From NCBI RefSeq assembly GCF_964355755.1, contig NC_092672.1, positions 8,556,001 through 8,620,000 of the forward strand: 64,000 nt of DNA, given 5' to 3'. Below, piece after piece: positions 11,436 through 25,295 of the stretch (positions are counted from its first letter, which is position 1; every line of letters begins with the position of its first letter). The DNA is from Antedon mediterranea. Lineage: Eukaryota > Animalia > Echinodermata. A model generated the notes under the pieces. The model saw only the letters and a program-made list of their open reading frames with translations. It made no database searches and had not been told where the DNA came from. The position numbers and the translations under genes are program-made.

Positions 11436-14400
11436 TTAAGAAGCAAACTCTTTAACAATCTTTTCTCCAAGTTTCTTGATTGCTGCAAAGTTTTCTTCTC
11501 CGGAAGGGATAATTTCGCTTTCTGGCATGAGAAAGCCGTAAGTGCCAGTATCTCCCAGTTCAATAACGTATGAATATTTGGCCCTAAGCGTTTCATAACC
11601 CCAGTCTGCACTGCATCCTGAAGCGGCATCTGTAAAAGGAAATAATTGGATTTTTGAAGAAATTGTAAATATAGGTTTTATATACTATTTTAATCCTGTG
11701 ATTAAATTAACCAAAATGTCTTTTCTCTTTATAATGTCATAGCCATGCACTCAAAAACCAATCATCGGTCACCTGTATCGATTAATATTAATTATTCATA
11801 AATTTAATACCCAAAAGTTTCAAATAAAACGGCAAAGTGTGTTCACAGCAAACACACTTATGCAAAGTCCTAAAAGGGTAACGACGAAAGTTAATAATTA
11901 TGGCTACATTTTAGGCAACGTAAATGGAATAACTTCCGTCTTACAGTCTGAAGCTGAATAAAGCTTGGTTCTCACTAGGACGCAACGCAAGCGTCTTGAC
12001 CAATGACCAGCGAAAGTTCGAATAATCCATCAATTGTGATTGGTCAACTCACTTGCGTTACGTCTTTGTGTTGCGTCCCTAGTGGGAACCAAGCATTATT
12101 TCGCACGCGTGCACGACACATACAAGAATTTTCTTCTCTCCTAAGGTTCCCGTTGGGTCGGGTGCTGCCACGAAATGGCGCTCATTCGTCGACAGGATGG
12201 ACCAGAGTGCATACTACCCTTTCGAAAGATTGGTTCTTCTTTATAGTGCACAAGAGTCAGATATGTATACTGTATAACCTCGAGTTAGGTTCTTTAAAGT
12301 GCACACGAGTCAAGTATGTACACTGCGACCTCCAACACCAGAAGAAGTTACTTACATAGTTTTCTTGCAGAAGGCCCATAATCATAGTCGGTTCCATGGA
12401 CGGCCTTCAGAGCATCTGTACAAGCCTTAGCCATAGCATCCTATTTATCAAGAATACAATCAAACCTGCTTAGTCTAAACATATTTTTATATAGTTCATT
12501 CCATAAGTTAAACAAACTGTTTTTGGAAAAATGTATATAGCCTCATTTTTTCTTTTAAATATGTATTATCCCCAACAAACATGACAAATTAAGTTTTTTT
12601 TTTTAATTTCAACAAAATGTTACGAGGATGGTCCATCGAGCCGAAGCTGATCATTAGGGACCCTCACAAAAATACAACATGACGAGACAAAAACATGTAA
12701 CAATAAAATCAAATTAAAATAATTAGTATTTGTAAAGATAAACAAAATAAAATAAAGCACAAGCAAATTAGTAAAAAATTAAATGAATTAAATTAAATTG
12801 GCCATCTCAGAAGGAAAAGGGAACTAAACAAGAAGACGGTTGTTGAGCAAATTGTGAAAGAAGAGTAAGATGAAGCAAGTTGGATATCTAAAGAAAGATT
12901 AATAAAATCTTTTTTTTGTGTAGTTTTAATAAAGTCATCTACAACAAAAATACACACAAATATTGGTTTCACTGTTAAATTTACCGTCTGACAGACGATT
13001 TGACTATTTTTTCTCTATCTAAAGTTACCAACTATTTATTATCTGGCATTAAAAAAACATATTTAACAAAAAGATTTTTTTTCAGGGGGACAATATATCT
13101 TTAATCTATTAACTATATTGACTTATAAAAAACATCGAAACATGCCAGCCCGGTCTAAATATTATAGGCTACATAAGTGCGTAGTCAGATCTATAAACAA
13201 TTGATATTATCGGATACTAATTACATGTATATTTTGATGTATCAGGTTAGACCAATACTCGATCACGGCAACCAAAAGTAAACATTTCTAATTTTACAAG
13301 ATGATAAGAGTAGGGTGGAATATTGCCTGCTACCCTAGGCCTACGTGACATCGCAAACAACATGTTAGTTATTCCAGGGAAGAGAATTTAACTCTTCTCT
13401 GGTTATGCCTAAATTAAACTCACGTGATCTTTAGTGTGTGATGGCAATGTAGCAGTCTTTGAGTAAGACCAAGGAGCTAGCCAGAGTTGAGAGTAGGCGT
13501 GAAAGTCGATGAAAACATGGAAGTCCTGTGTTTTGTTTTTTTTTATTAGGAAACTAGTGCTATCAGCAAGCTCTGGTTCGGAATGGGGTTCGGAACCACG
13601 GTAAACGTCAGAACAAGGATTTGTACTAGTACCAGCCCCTGAAAGTAGAAAACAGTCGTCAAAAATCAGTATTCACTATTATTCAATTAAAGTATTTTAT
13701 TTCCTCAAGCATTCTGGATCGAAAATTGTCTTGAGGCTGAGGTAAAGAATTAGAATAAACAAATTTCAAATTCAACTTATGGAAAAAATCTATTAAATTT
13801 ATTAAATTAAGTGAAATTTGTATTTTTGGTGAAATACGGTCGCTTGCCAGCATAATTATCAATACGGTGGGTTTTTTTGTAAACGACAAAATATAGGTTG
13901 ATTTTTAGTTGACTCTACAGCTGACTATGTCGGTCGGTCGGTCGGTCGGTCAGTAAACACTAACTTGAGCACGTGACTGCAGCCATCTATATGGCCTTGT
14001 TTGAGGAAAAATGGTTAACGAATTCGTTATCAAAGCAATGTTTTGATTTTACAAAAAAACTTTTTCATAAAATCTTTTACAATATTTATATGAAAGGTTG
14101 AAATCTGTTATTGGTGGCAGAAGGATAGATTCAGATTTTTTCCACAAAATATAGAATGAAATGATTGCATCCTATGAATGAAATAACTAATTTTTTTCAG
14201 AAGTGAATAACAGTATTAAAACTGCAAAATGGCCTACTTAAAGTCTGATTAATCTTCATTTTTTAGTGTTTTTGGGGGACAATACATCTATAAAATAAAA
14301 TATAAATATGACTAATAATAAACTCACCTCCCCATTTGTATTCATAGTTTCGGTTTGGGTCGATTCCTGTACATATATTGCCGGATTCATGGCGTCTGGT

Positions 14401-17400
14401 CTTTCTCCACATACGATCCTAAACACAAATTGGCCTAATATTTAAACTTTATTATTCTATTTTTACAGCTCACTATGTCGGTCGGTCGGTTGGTTGGTCG
14501 GTAAACACTAACTTGAGCACGCGACTGCAGCCATGTATATATTATATCTATTCATAATCACTTCCGATGGTATAATCTCTCTATGGTGAGCTTAATGCCT
14601 TTGGCCTAATTTAGCAAGTAAAAACCAATAATATTGAAATATTAAGAGAAATTGTACTATATCATTATCATTAATGTCTCAGTTCAGTCATTTGTTTTAT
14701 ATTTCTTCCCGGTTTTGCGTACATGATGTTTCTCTTTCAATTCTGTTCATATAAATGAATACACCCAATATATGCAATGATCAATTAATTAATACATATC
14801 TTTGATTTGTTTAAACGTCCGACGATTAGAAGGACCTAAGGCCTTATGACGTCATATGAAGGCGCAGCTAATCACATGCGCTGAGTTTGGTTGGCCAATT
14901 GTTATGGAACCAATTCGGTCGATTCTAAGTTAGGTCCAGACATGCATATTTGAAGTTTGGGGTGTACAATTGTTGAAAAAAAACAAAAAAAAATTGAAAT
15001 CGAATTCATAATTTTACGCAGATGAACGATGACGTAATGCTTGATCGTCGAAAATTGAAAATAGGTTTAACTTACGTTTGTCCATGTGTAGACGTATCCG
15101 TCAACGTTTAATGATGGTACAATATACCAGTCAAATTTATCTAACATGTCGGTCACTCCAGTATCACTGCCGTATGTCTCCAACATCTACAAAATTAAAT
15201 GTAAAATATTCATAATTATAAAACGTACAGGTAAGCCTGATCTTTGTTTATTCAAGGTAATCTAATAAACCCTTCGATCTTTCTTTTCTTTTTCTTTTTT
15301 TGCATCTCCATTGAGATCCAGTCACTGATATCCACATCATTATCATTTTTCAGTAATACGCCTTTGGATTTATATATTTAACAGTATATTTCCATTAAAT
15401 GTTTCATAAAATAAAACATTTTTTTGGAAAACGTCCATTAACGAAGACCAAAATAGTACTTCGGCATTCATTTTTATTTCTTTGTAATTATTAAATTCAA
15501 ACACATACGGTACCTGGTTAGTGAAATACATGATCGTAGCGGGAGACATCCATTCACGAGCATGGATACCGCCTTGGAAGTAAACAGCCGGTTTACCACT
15601 TGTTTTTTTTCCGATCTAAATATATATTTATAAAGAAAATCACCATTTACAATAATGTGAACAGACAAGTAAAATTATATGTAAAAGGCGCCAAGAAATT
15701 CCAAGATGTGACGGGCTGTTTACTGATACTTTAGACCCTTCTGTACATAGGCTAAGGGTTGTGCCGCATTACTTGCATTTTTAAGTTACTGAAGTCATTG
15801 GCCTTGTACACTATTCAACAATATTATGTTGATCAGAGACCCTCCTTCCTTCAATTATCTAGAATAACATTGTATTGAGAGGTCCACAAGTATAAAGAAG
15901 AAACCAAATGAACGAAATAATTAATGATATTCATTGAAATGTCTCTTTCATTATGATTTACGTAATAATTACGTAATCTTCAATAGCATGATTGAAAAGT
16001 ATTTTGTTTTCTTCTTTTTCTATTAATATGAATTTCAGTTTGTTCTGATGTATGTATTAAAAGAATTGAATTGTTATCATTAAAGCATTACTACCTTAAG
16101 TCCGTTGATCTCACGTCCTTCACTAGATGTAGCAATTTGGAAAGACTCGGCAATGTTGGAGTGTGCGGCTGCAATGTCTGCAACCCACTCTTTTATCTGT
16201 GAAATATAAATATGACATGAATGTTAGTATTTTGTTTGAGTGCCTTTCATTATCAACCTAATTAATATTAATTATTGTCATGGTAATATTACCGTTGTAT
16301 GTTCTTCATAACCTTAATTAATCATAACTCGTCTTCATATCTAATCATCACTTTCACCACCACAACCACCACCAACAACAACAACATACCTTTCTCGCCA
16401 TTATTAACGTCCATCAACATCAGAGCTATTCAATCTTCACACGTATATTTACCATGGTGTTTAATAAGTGCTTACTTTTTAGGTCTAGGCCAATACTTAT
16501 TTGTAAATCCAGTATGTAGGTAACTTTTTAGAAATTTTTTTATTTTTCTCTATTAAAAAGAAATTTAATGGACAATATGGAGATATAAAATAAGAATCAC
16601 CATGGTTAAAATAAATAAATATTGCAACTTACCTCTTCATAGGCATGATATTTGGAATAATCAAAACCGTTGTTTCCATCCAAAATGCCTTTTGCCGAGA
16701 ACTGATTATCAATTATGCCTTGGACATCCGGGATGTGAACTACGTAATCAAGTCCACGAGCGTTCAGCAACGTCTGCAGAAGATCATGATACTTTGGCGA
16801 AACCATGATGTCTATAGGTCGTTCAAGAACACGGGTCATTTGCCAGAAGTCAAACTATATTTAAAACAAAAAATAAAACCAAAATCATTACTAGTATGTA
16901 TAAATTACGAAAGCCTAATCCGGCCACATGAATAGAAATAATATATAGCTATGTTTTTGTCGGCATATGTATATAGACATTTCGAAATAGAAACACAAAA
17001 AAAAAACAACAAAAAACATAATGTCAAAATTTCTACATACAAATAAATACACAATAAAAAACATAATAAATGTCGAAATTTCTACATACATATGTTGACA
17101 TTTTGACATAAAACAAACGTATGTGTACAAGTTCAAACTATTTTTTGATCTTATAAACGGCAACGGATAACATTGCGCTACAATTGTCAATATTGGATTG
17201 ATGTATCAAGAAAGAAGAGTTAAACAACGTTCTTCATGTTTCAAAGATACATTCTCATAAACTCAGCCAAATGATTGCCTTAATGAATTTTGTCTGGTAT
17301 AGTATCAAAATATTGTGTTCCGTTATTATAAGTGCTGCGCCATATTTCTACTCTTTACAAAAAGCACATTCTTGTGGATAGAAGCTATTTGTAGGCCTAT

Positions 17401-18162
17401 TTTATTACAATGATTTCTAGCTTTTCTGGATGTGGGTTCAACGGTTCTAGACAATCCATAGTTGTGAATCCTGACCTGATGTGCTTTATAGCAATAGCAG
17501 TTAAGCTACTATTAAATGTCTGTGGGTAAATGGGGAGCCAAGTTTCATAGGGAATCTGAAATAAAAACCATAAATATTTTGTGTAATAATTCTTACTTTT
17601 CCTTCATATCTTTCTTCTAAAAGGTGTATCCACTCCACGTCTGCTTCATCGCGAGGGGTAATACGAATCACTTGATACCTGACAGGATAACAGAACAAAG
17701 CTTAAGACCTACTAATATGGTTCATAATGCCTATATTATTTCGTATTAACATTAATAGGCCTATATACACTTCCTGTTTTCATATAAAACTTGTTCGTAA
17801 TAAAATATTTTGATTAATAGTTACATAATCTAACAAACATTAGGTAATCTGCAGTATAAAGTTTAGATACATTTTGGGGGATTGATAGATATCATCATAT
17901 TGTTTATGGTGTAAAAGTACAGACACATATGTAAATTACCGAATGCCACATCAAGCCACAGTTACATATTTAAGGAAATGAACTGCAGACTGGAAACTCA
18001 TGATTAACATTAGTTTATCGTCCTTAAGATAATAATACGTATTAAGGAAAAGTATTGATTGACAAAATCAATAAAATAAAATGAGCAAACTTACCCGTCG
18101 TATCTTACTTTCTCGGCCGCAACAGCCGCAACGAGAAACGCCAAACACAAACAGCGAATCAT
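11436..18162 (-). CDS. Zinc preprocarboxypeptidase, M14A family (carboxypeptidase A/B-like); complete, 10 exons, about 423 aa
   Basis: Exons 18162-18095, 17678-17597, 16854-16633, 16196-16095, 15615-15514, 15186-15076, 14418-14328, 13638-13424, 12440-12356, 11629-11436 total 1272 nt in frame. Signal peptide MIRCLCLAFLVAAVAA; motifs [44 protein letters not shown]. Confidence 0.95.
11963..12094. mobile_element. Palindromic MITE (same family as 4468-4750 and 11286-11410)
   Basis: TIRs GCTTGGTTCTCACTAGG / CCTAGTGGGAACCAAGC. Confidence 0.75.
12594..12905 (-). mobile_element. Short 3' end of an L2/CR1-like LINE
   Basis: Minus strand encodes degenerate NLSLDIQLASSYSSF (LINE ORF2 end), then a UTR ending GAGGGTCCCTAATGATCAGCTTCGGCTCGATGGACCATCCTCG...poly(A). 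Confidence 0.55.
13902..14001. repeat. Short (GTCG)n-containing interspersed repeat, DINE-1/HINE-like; second copy at 14460-14540
   Basis: Both copies share CAGCTxACTATGTCGGTCGGTCGG...GTAAACACTAACTTGAGCACGxGACTGCAGCCAT. Confidence 0.65.
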
Positions 18163-18394
18163 TGTTTCAAAAACGTTGATCAATTCATTGGTTTTTCCTA
18201 CAAATATATACTAATCTGGCACCCGGGGTACAGCGTATTATTGAAAAGCTTTTGCAGACAATACACGTTATACTGGCGTTGTACTTTCTATAGTTTCGAT
18301 TACCCCGGCGATTTATTCAACCTTATCTTGTACAAATTATTGTACTCAGACGTCAACATTTTCATGAGAAAAAAAGCATATGGTATGGAATGAA

Positions 18395-18835
18395 TTTTCA
18401 ATTCAATTCAATCCAATTCAATCTTTTATTTTGGAATAAAGTATGAGTGCAATGTGACGCACTCTGATTCCAGGATGCTATAAGTTCCATCTGGAGAGCA
18501 TCCTTGACTCCCCAGATATTGTCTACTGAAGTCGTGACTAAAACATTTTCACTTGCATTGTGTCTACACATTAGACCATGTATCCCTATTTTTAAACATT
18601 CATAAAAAGACTGAATTCTACATTACGTAAACATGAAGCTGGCACTACAATGTGGAGGCCTTTGCAACAACATTCTTAACCCACTATGGTAGCATACCCG
18701 AAGAGATCGCATAGGTACGCTAAGTTGTTGCACACATTTAACACCGTATGTTCTAAATATAACACATTTCATATCGACAGAACACTTACTAAAATTTCTG
18801 ACCAATGAGTTGGCTCTGATACACACTTTTAACAT
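18395..18835 (-). mobile_element. Decayed 3' fragment of a CR1/L2-group LINE
   Basis: RANSLVRNFSKCSVDMKCVIFRTY...LRVCYHSGLRMLLQRPPHCSASFMF resembles LINE ORF2 C-termini. Ends in an (ATTGA)n tail. Confidence 0.7.
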
Positions 18836-19891
18836 GGTATTAAGTAAGGTTTACCTTTAAGTAAAATGTGGAGACAAGGAGTATTGCTCGTTAGGCTACC
18901 TTCTCTCATAGTTTATATGCGAGTCGTTTAAAAATGTGAGCTTCAAAGAAAGTTTAGAGGTAAAGAATTACATGTGTTTATTATACGTATGTCAAAGAAG
19001 CTCTAATATATATATTGCTTTTAAAGTTGAATTTTCACTCGAGACATGCGAGTAACATAAAATCATATCTATGATAATACAAAGTTTTTTATCTACGAAC
19101 AACTTTATACATGTAGCATGATCATTGTGAATTTATAAAATTACCAGGTGGATTAGAATTACACAATATGTTTAAAAGATTATTATTACAAATACAGTTT
19201 TTGATATCTGGGAGTATTCGACATTGTTGTATTGTCTGTAGAATATCATCATTATTTATCTTCCACTATCTAATTAATAAAGGTGATTACCTCCACCTGT
19301 TAATTTTATCAATGTTCGGTCAATACGATAAGTTGCATCAATAAAAGATAATTTAAAATAGAATTATGTTTGATAACTCAATGATGTGATGTGCCCACAA
19401 ATGGTAGCGATAATAGTGTAGACAAGGCTTTACAAAAGAGTTTGCCAGTAGACTAATCATACTTTGGCAAACTGCCGACAACTTTTCAAAATAGTTTGTT
19501 AAGGCTCTTGTAAACGCGAAACAAATACGTCTTTGTAGTCATGTGTTCGAAAAAAACACTGTAATAAACAGTGGAAAACTTGTGTTTAAGTAAAGTTTGC
19601 AGTGTAGACTAGGCTAGATGTTATAGCCCAGTATTTGACACCAATTACTGTTGTTATACTTCGTGACTGTACGTGTGTATATTATACGTTTCTCCAAACA
19701 AATAGTTCACAGTAATCAAACAAGATGAAATGTCCATGTTAGGCTACAGATTAAAATTATATCAGTGAAAATATTATAACAATATTATAAGCCTATGTAC
19801 ACTTTGTTACGGGGCAAGGTGCATTTTTCCCCAATTAGCCCGGCATAACCTTAATCTACATGTACTCAATTCACTAACCTTTGCTATACAA

Positions 19892-21368
19892 ATGGATAGA
19901 TTCTTCAGCTTGTGTTTTTTCCTTTTTCTCCATGGCTTGCCGAATGCAGAGTTAGGTGAACCGAAACAACTAGTTTCTGTTACGTTTCTTGTAGCTGTTA
20001 ACCATACCTGGAATAGGTAGGCTCTTAAATACTAGGCCTATAATACACAGTGTAGGTCGTTAGAATACAAAAACAGCGTACAAAAACAATAGCCAATTTG
20101 CACATTAGGAGAGATTTTTACTTCCACCCTTGTATCATGGAGCTAGCTCCATGCTTGTATTAATACTCTCGACAACAAGACATGCATTGAGAGTTTAATG
20201 GAATGTGGTATACAGGTGCTGTATGCAAATTAACCATGTATTAAAGAAATGTGCATTGAATTGGCTTCCTATTGTATTCTGATAGTTCCCTCTCTTTCTT
20301 GTCAATACTTTATTTATGAATTCTATTTTACTTTCTAAGCTATGATCATTCCATCCCATCTTTTGCTCTTCAAAATACTCGTCCACGCCTACCATGTGTT
20401 AGGCCTATTTCCAACCATGTATTAGGCCTATTTCCAACCATGTATTGGGCCTATTTCATTTAAATTTTATTTAAACAGTTTTTACCTTCCCTTTTAGGTA
20501 TACGTTTTGAAAGCCTGTCCCATTTTTGACGTTGTTCATCTTTTTATATTTTAATTATCAAGGTCTTAGAATTATTCGTAATATTATCTCATACAGTGAT
20601 TTTTTTGGTTTTTTTTTTGGAACTGCTCGTTATAGTTTAACAAGTTTGAAAGTAAAGAAACAAAATTTAAATACTAAAATTATTATTAAGCTAAGATGTT
20701 AATTAGTTTATTCTTATCTATATAAGTTGTATAGCAACAACTAAAACTCCAGCACTGATACCAGGACAACCGTGGAATATCAGCCGAACCATCCGTGTGG
20801 GGCAGTGTGACGAAGGACCTCTTGTATTTAACGTCACGAAAAACAAAGAAAATGACATGGTAGGTCCTGTAGTTAACAGTTTATATGACTCTAATAAGTT
20901 CCCCTTCCCAACACAGTATGTTGTCATTATGATACTTTATATTGTGGCTAGTAGGAATTAAGCCAGAACTTTTTACATTTTACAAGATGGCGGCACCAGC
21001 ACCCTTTCTCTGCCTCTCCCCACCCCCCTTATGCTTCAGTTGACTTCTGAGAGGGGTGGAATATGTATTGATACTGTATAACTTTATCCATCGCTGTTTG
21101 CTAATATAATGATAAGTTTAGGTCTACTATAACAAACAAAATATTAAATATTATATGTTGTTGTCTTCCAATCCTCATTTCTTTTTTATTTCAGAGTGTA
21201 GATTTGACGTTCTATTCGTCCGTTATTGAGGATGCATCTCCGCCAACATGTCATATTAAATGGGATGGAAGATACTTAGTGCCGACGAAAGCATGGTCCA
21301 ATGAGTCACTATTACCTGGTTGTTTCACAGCAGAATCACGCGAGGGATACCATGTTCTATGTTATTGA
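19892..21368 (+). CDS. Small putative secreted glycoprotein of unknown function, 3 exons, about 143 aa
   Basis: Exons 19892-20016, 20727-20859, 21195-21368 join in frame: MDRFFSLCFFLFLHGLPNAELGEPKQLVSVTFLVAVNHTWNSCIATTKTPALIPGQPWNISRTIRVGQCDEGPLVFNVTKNKENDMSVDLTFYSSVIEDASPPTCHIKWDGRYLVPTKAWSNESLLPGCFTAESREGYHVLCY*. Signal peptide, four NxS/T sequons, exons more GC-rich than introns. Confidence 0.72.
20399..20457. repeat. 23-bp tandem repeat, about 2.6 copies
   Basis: Unit TTAGGCCTATTTCCAACCATGTA. Confidence 0.85.
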
Positions 21369-21841
21369 TTGGCTGTTTGGATGAAATTGTTTGACGTCAT
21401 TCAACAAATGGTTTACCTGATTGGTTGATAGTTAGGACTATGTAAATTTCGCGGGTTAGAGCCTTTAAGCAACATAAATTTAGGGCATTGTAAAGCTTTA
21501 TAGTACGACTTTATTTTAACAAAAGTACAGTAACAAACAAAAACACGACTAGTATATCACAGTATGGCAAAGTTCAACTTAAGTAGTGTTTACTTTATAC
21601 ATATTAATGATTCGAAATAATAATACACTTTCAGTATTAAACAGAAAGTGAATAATAATTAACAAAAACTAAATACTAAATATATATGAATAAATTGTAA
21701 ATATTTATTACAGCAAAAAATAGTTATTGCAGCATGCCTTTATATAATTTATTATAGATAGTACATAGTTCAATAATATACCGTATATATACACACCTGC
21801 ATATGCAACAACCACCTATTTCTCGATATTATACCAATTAA

Positions 21842-22187
21842 AGATGTATTGTCCCCCAATAAACATGAAAAATGAAGATTAATTAAATCAGATTTGAATA
21901 GGTTATTTAGTAGTTTCAATAAAGTTAATCACCACCGTAGAAAAAAACGTAAAAAAAATAATGTTTTCACTTATAACATAACATAATAAATAATTAATTT
22001 CAACCGAAAATCCATTGGCTGGCAGCCAATTTGACCATTTTTTTTTCTTAAATTACAGTTTTTTCAGATAAATAAATTTTGTTTAGATCCAATTTTTTTT
22101 TAAAAAGGATAACTATTATGTGACATTAAAATGGCATATTAAAAAAAAATATCGTAAAAAATTATTTTTCAGCGGGACAATACATCT
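21842..22187. mobile_element. TTAA-flanked non-autonomous DNA transposon (Kolobok-like)
   Basis: TTAA|AGATGTATTGTCCC ... GGGACAATACATCT|TTAA. Partial family members end at about 13104 and about 14293. Confidence 0.75.
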
Positions 22188-24920
22188 TTAATAATACATG
22201 TCTCTAATTCCTATTAAAAAGGCTACTATAAGTACTATAATCTATCAATTAGACTACTTGGTTCAATTAATTTAATATCTTGCTAGCTTCAAATCGATTT
22301 GATTGAGATACCACAACAACTTTTAAGTTTAAAAACATTTAAACTAGATGACATTAAAATATTAAAAAACATATTGGTTGTTTTGGGGTAAACATGCATT
22401 ATCATACATGTAGTTTGTGACAAGCAAAACTGCATAACACGTTTTGTTTGATGTTAAGATTTGATTTTGAATGAAAGAATGGGAGAAAAAACTTTTAAAA
22501 AACGGGATGGAGGATATGATTTTCAAATGACAGGGTATAGGAAATCGATAAAAATATAGCAGTTTACAGAAAGATTGTGTTTTCTAGTACCGTTTTCTTC
22601 AGTCACCAACAATGTGTAATAATTCCAGATGGCACATTGTGAAACAATAATGTCAACACAAGATTTGAGAACAAATAATTGTTTCAATAAATAAGTCACA
22701 TATTTGTAGATATCTGAGGATAAATAAATTGCAATTAGAAGATTACATTTAGTTTAATTTAATAATAAAACAAATTCGTGACTATATTTCACAATAAATT
22801 AAGTTACGAACTTTGTTTTGAAAGTTGGAAATAGAGTAAAAAATGACTAATTTAGAAGAGAATGCCACTGGATGATACCAGCAGTAACTACAGTATATTA
22901 AAATATATTTGAAAAATGAGTAAAAATGATTAACTCTTAATTATTGACTGCTGACAAGATAGCCTAAAATTTATAAATTTAAAACTTTACGATACTTAGT
23001 ATTCAGGAATAGCCGCTCCATAATCTATTTTATAGTACCACCAGATGTTTTTATCAGTGCTACGAATGAATGACTAGTTGGAAGCAGGAAGGCTTTGTAG
23101 ACCAAACCAAGTTTTGATTTCACCATCATTGATAAATTACCTCATGAGGTTAAAGACTTAGTTTGGTTATCTGATATAAGTCCATAGTAGATTAACTCTA
23201 TCCCTACCTTAATTAAGTGATTCTAATCTTATATATTAAAACAATGAAAGCAATTAACACTAATATCAGTTGCAATTTTGATCACATGCTCAACAATAAT
23301 TTGAGTAAAACTAAATATATACAAAGCTTAATTTATAAAATATACAACTTAGAGCTTAGGAAATTAAGCACATAGTATGGAAGAAACAAGTAAAGCTAAG
23401 ACATCAAGGCATATAACTAACATTTTATGTGACAAAAACATAAATTAAAATATTAATTATTAGTTATATCAACATTTTACAGTAAACAGTACATGTATAC
23501 AATAGTTTACATAGTATCAAACGGTAACATTTTGAGATTGTAACAATAGTAATAACTAACTATATCATAGCAAAATATAAAATTCTTAACATAACTTATA
23601 TTAAAAAAACAAGGGAAAATTGATAAAAATAAATAAGAAATGCTATCTATATTTTGTATTCAAATAATATAAAAGGAAGACTATAAAATAGTATAATTAA
23701 ATTAATCCTTTAAATAGTGCAAAGAAGTTAACATAAGTACTATTAGGTGCTGCTTAGAATCCCTGATATAGCAGCCACAACTTAAATATACCCTGTAGGC
23801 CTAATACTTAAAACTTAAAATAACTAAACTTAATAAACAGAAAAATATGATATTTTAAGTCAACACAAAGTGTTAATCTTTCTCCAATTTTTTTTGGGGC
23901 ATTAAATAAACAGTGTGTGACACTTGTAGTTAAAGTTGAATAGTTAATAATTAATGTCAGTTAGTACTTATGGCAATAAATATTCTGGTTCCAAAAGAGG
24001 TATGTAATCGAAGACAGAATTATTAAAAAATTAATAGACAAAAATTAAGGGACGGAATTATGTTAACAAGTACTTAGATTGTGTAACTACTAATTAAATC
24101 AATATAATATATTAATACTAAAATATTTTAGTGAAGTCCAGTCATCTCATTCTGAAATAGAATAGTTTCAAATTGACAAGTGGGAAATTTGGTAAAAGTT
24201 TATAAATTTATCAGAAATTAATTTTGTTTTCAAACATGTATATAAAACAAACAAATATTTAACTTTATTGAAAAACATATGAAACGTTCAAGGCAAGATA
24301 TATAAAATACAATAATATTATATAGTTTTATATACATAAACATTCTTTAATTAACGTTTCAGAACACAGCCAAAACAAAACAGTAGAAATACTTAAAGCC
24401 TCTCATGAAAAGCATATTTGTATTAAATAGACAATGGAAGACATAACGATAAAATTAAATTTTAAAAATCATGTTGAATATGTCTTTATAATTTCATACG
24501 GAGTTACCCGATTGTAATTATATATTAAGTAGTTGGACATTAAAAGACCGCATTTCACTTAAAATTCTTTAAAATTTAAAACATAGAAATAGTAGTATTT
24601 TTTTAATTTATACACTACTTTTATTTTATATATTATTTGATATTTTAAACACTATAATACAGTATTTCATTCTTAATAATTTGGCACTTAAAATTCTATT
24701 TTAAAAATGAATTAATTGTACAAACACGATACACATGCAATACACTTATTCAAAATAATGTACACAATGAACAATACCTGATTACAAATCAACATGTTTA
24801 TACAAAATATTTATACATAAACAGAGTAACATAAAAAGGAGTTTTCACATGCTTTTGCACTTGCTGTGCATGTCTGTATGAGGTAGGTTACATGTAGAGA
24901 ACAGTTGACTGATGTTAGTA

Positions 24921-25295
24921 CAGTACTGTTGCGGGTATAAGCCCACCATGGGATATAAATCCCCCTCCAAAATAGATACAAAGAGGAACACCCTCTTACT
25001 TTCATGTATAGATGTTTTTGATAATGATCATGTCATAAGCGAAGAATGCACATAAAAGTTTATTAAGTTCTCAGAATCACAGAGCGACAGAGGGCGTGCT
25101 ATTTAATATTTTTGCCAAAAATTGAAAAAAACTTAAGCTTTTAATAAGAAAATAAAAAATTATTGTTTTAATAAGCAAATACTTGGAATTTTGACAAGTG
25201 AAAAAGACACAGGCAAACCTGTATGGTTCTTTAGTATAAAGGTCATCTTTTATTTGACCCTATATTGTGTTGAGCTTATACCAGAGTCAGTACTG
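24921..25295. mobile_element. Tc1/mariner (pogo/Tigger-like) MITE
   Basis: TA|CAGTACTGTTGCGGGTATAAGC ... GCTTATACCAGAGTCAGTACTG|TA. Confidence 0.7.

Noticed and set aside
12003-12359. 118-aa ORF
   Set aside because: It starts inside a MITE, runs antisense in an intron and has no recognisable motif.
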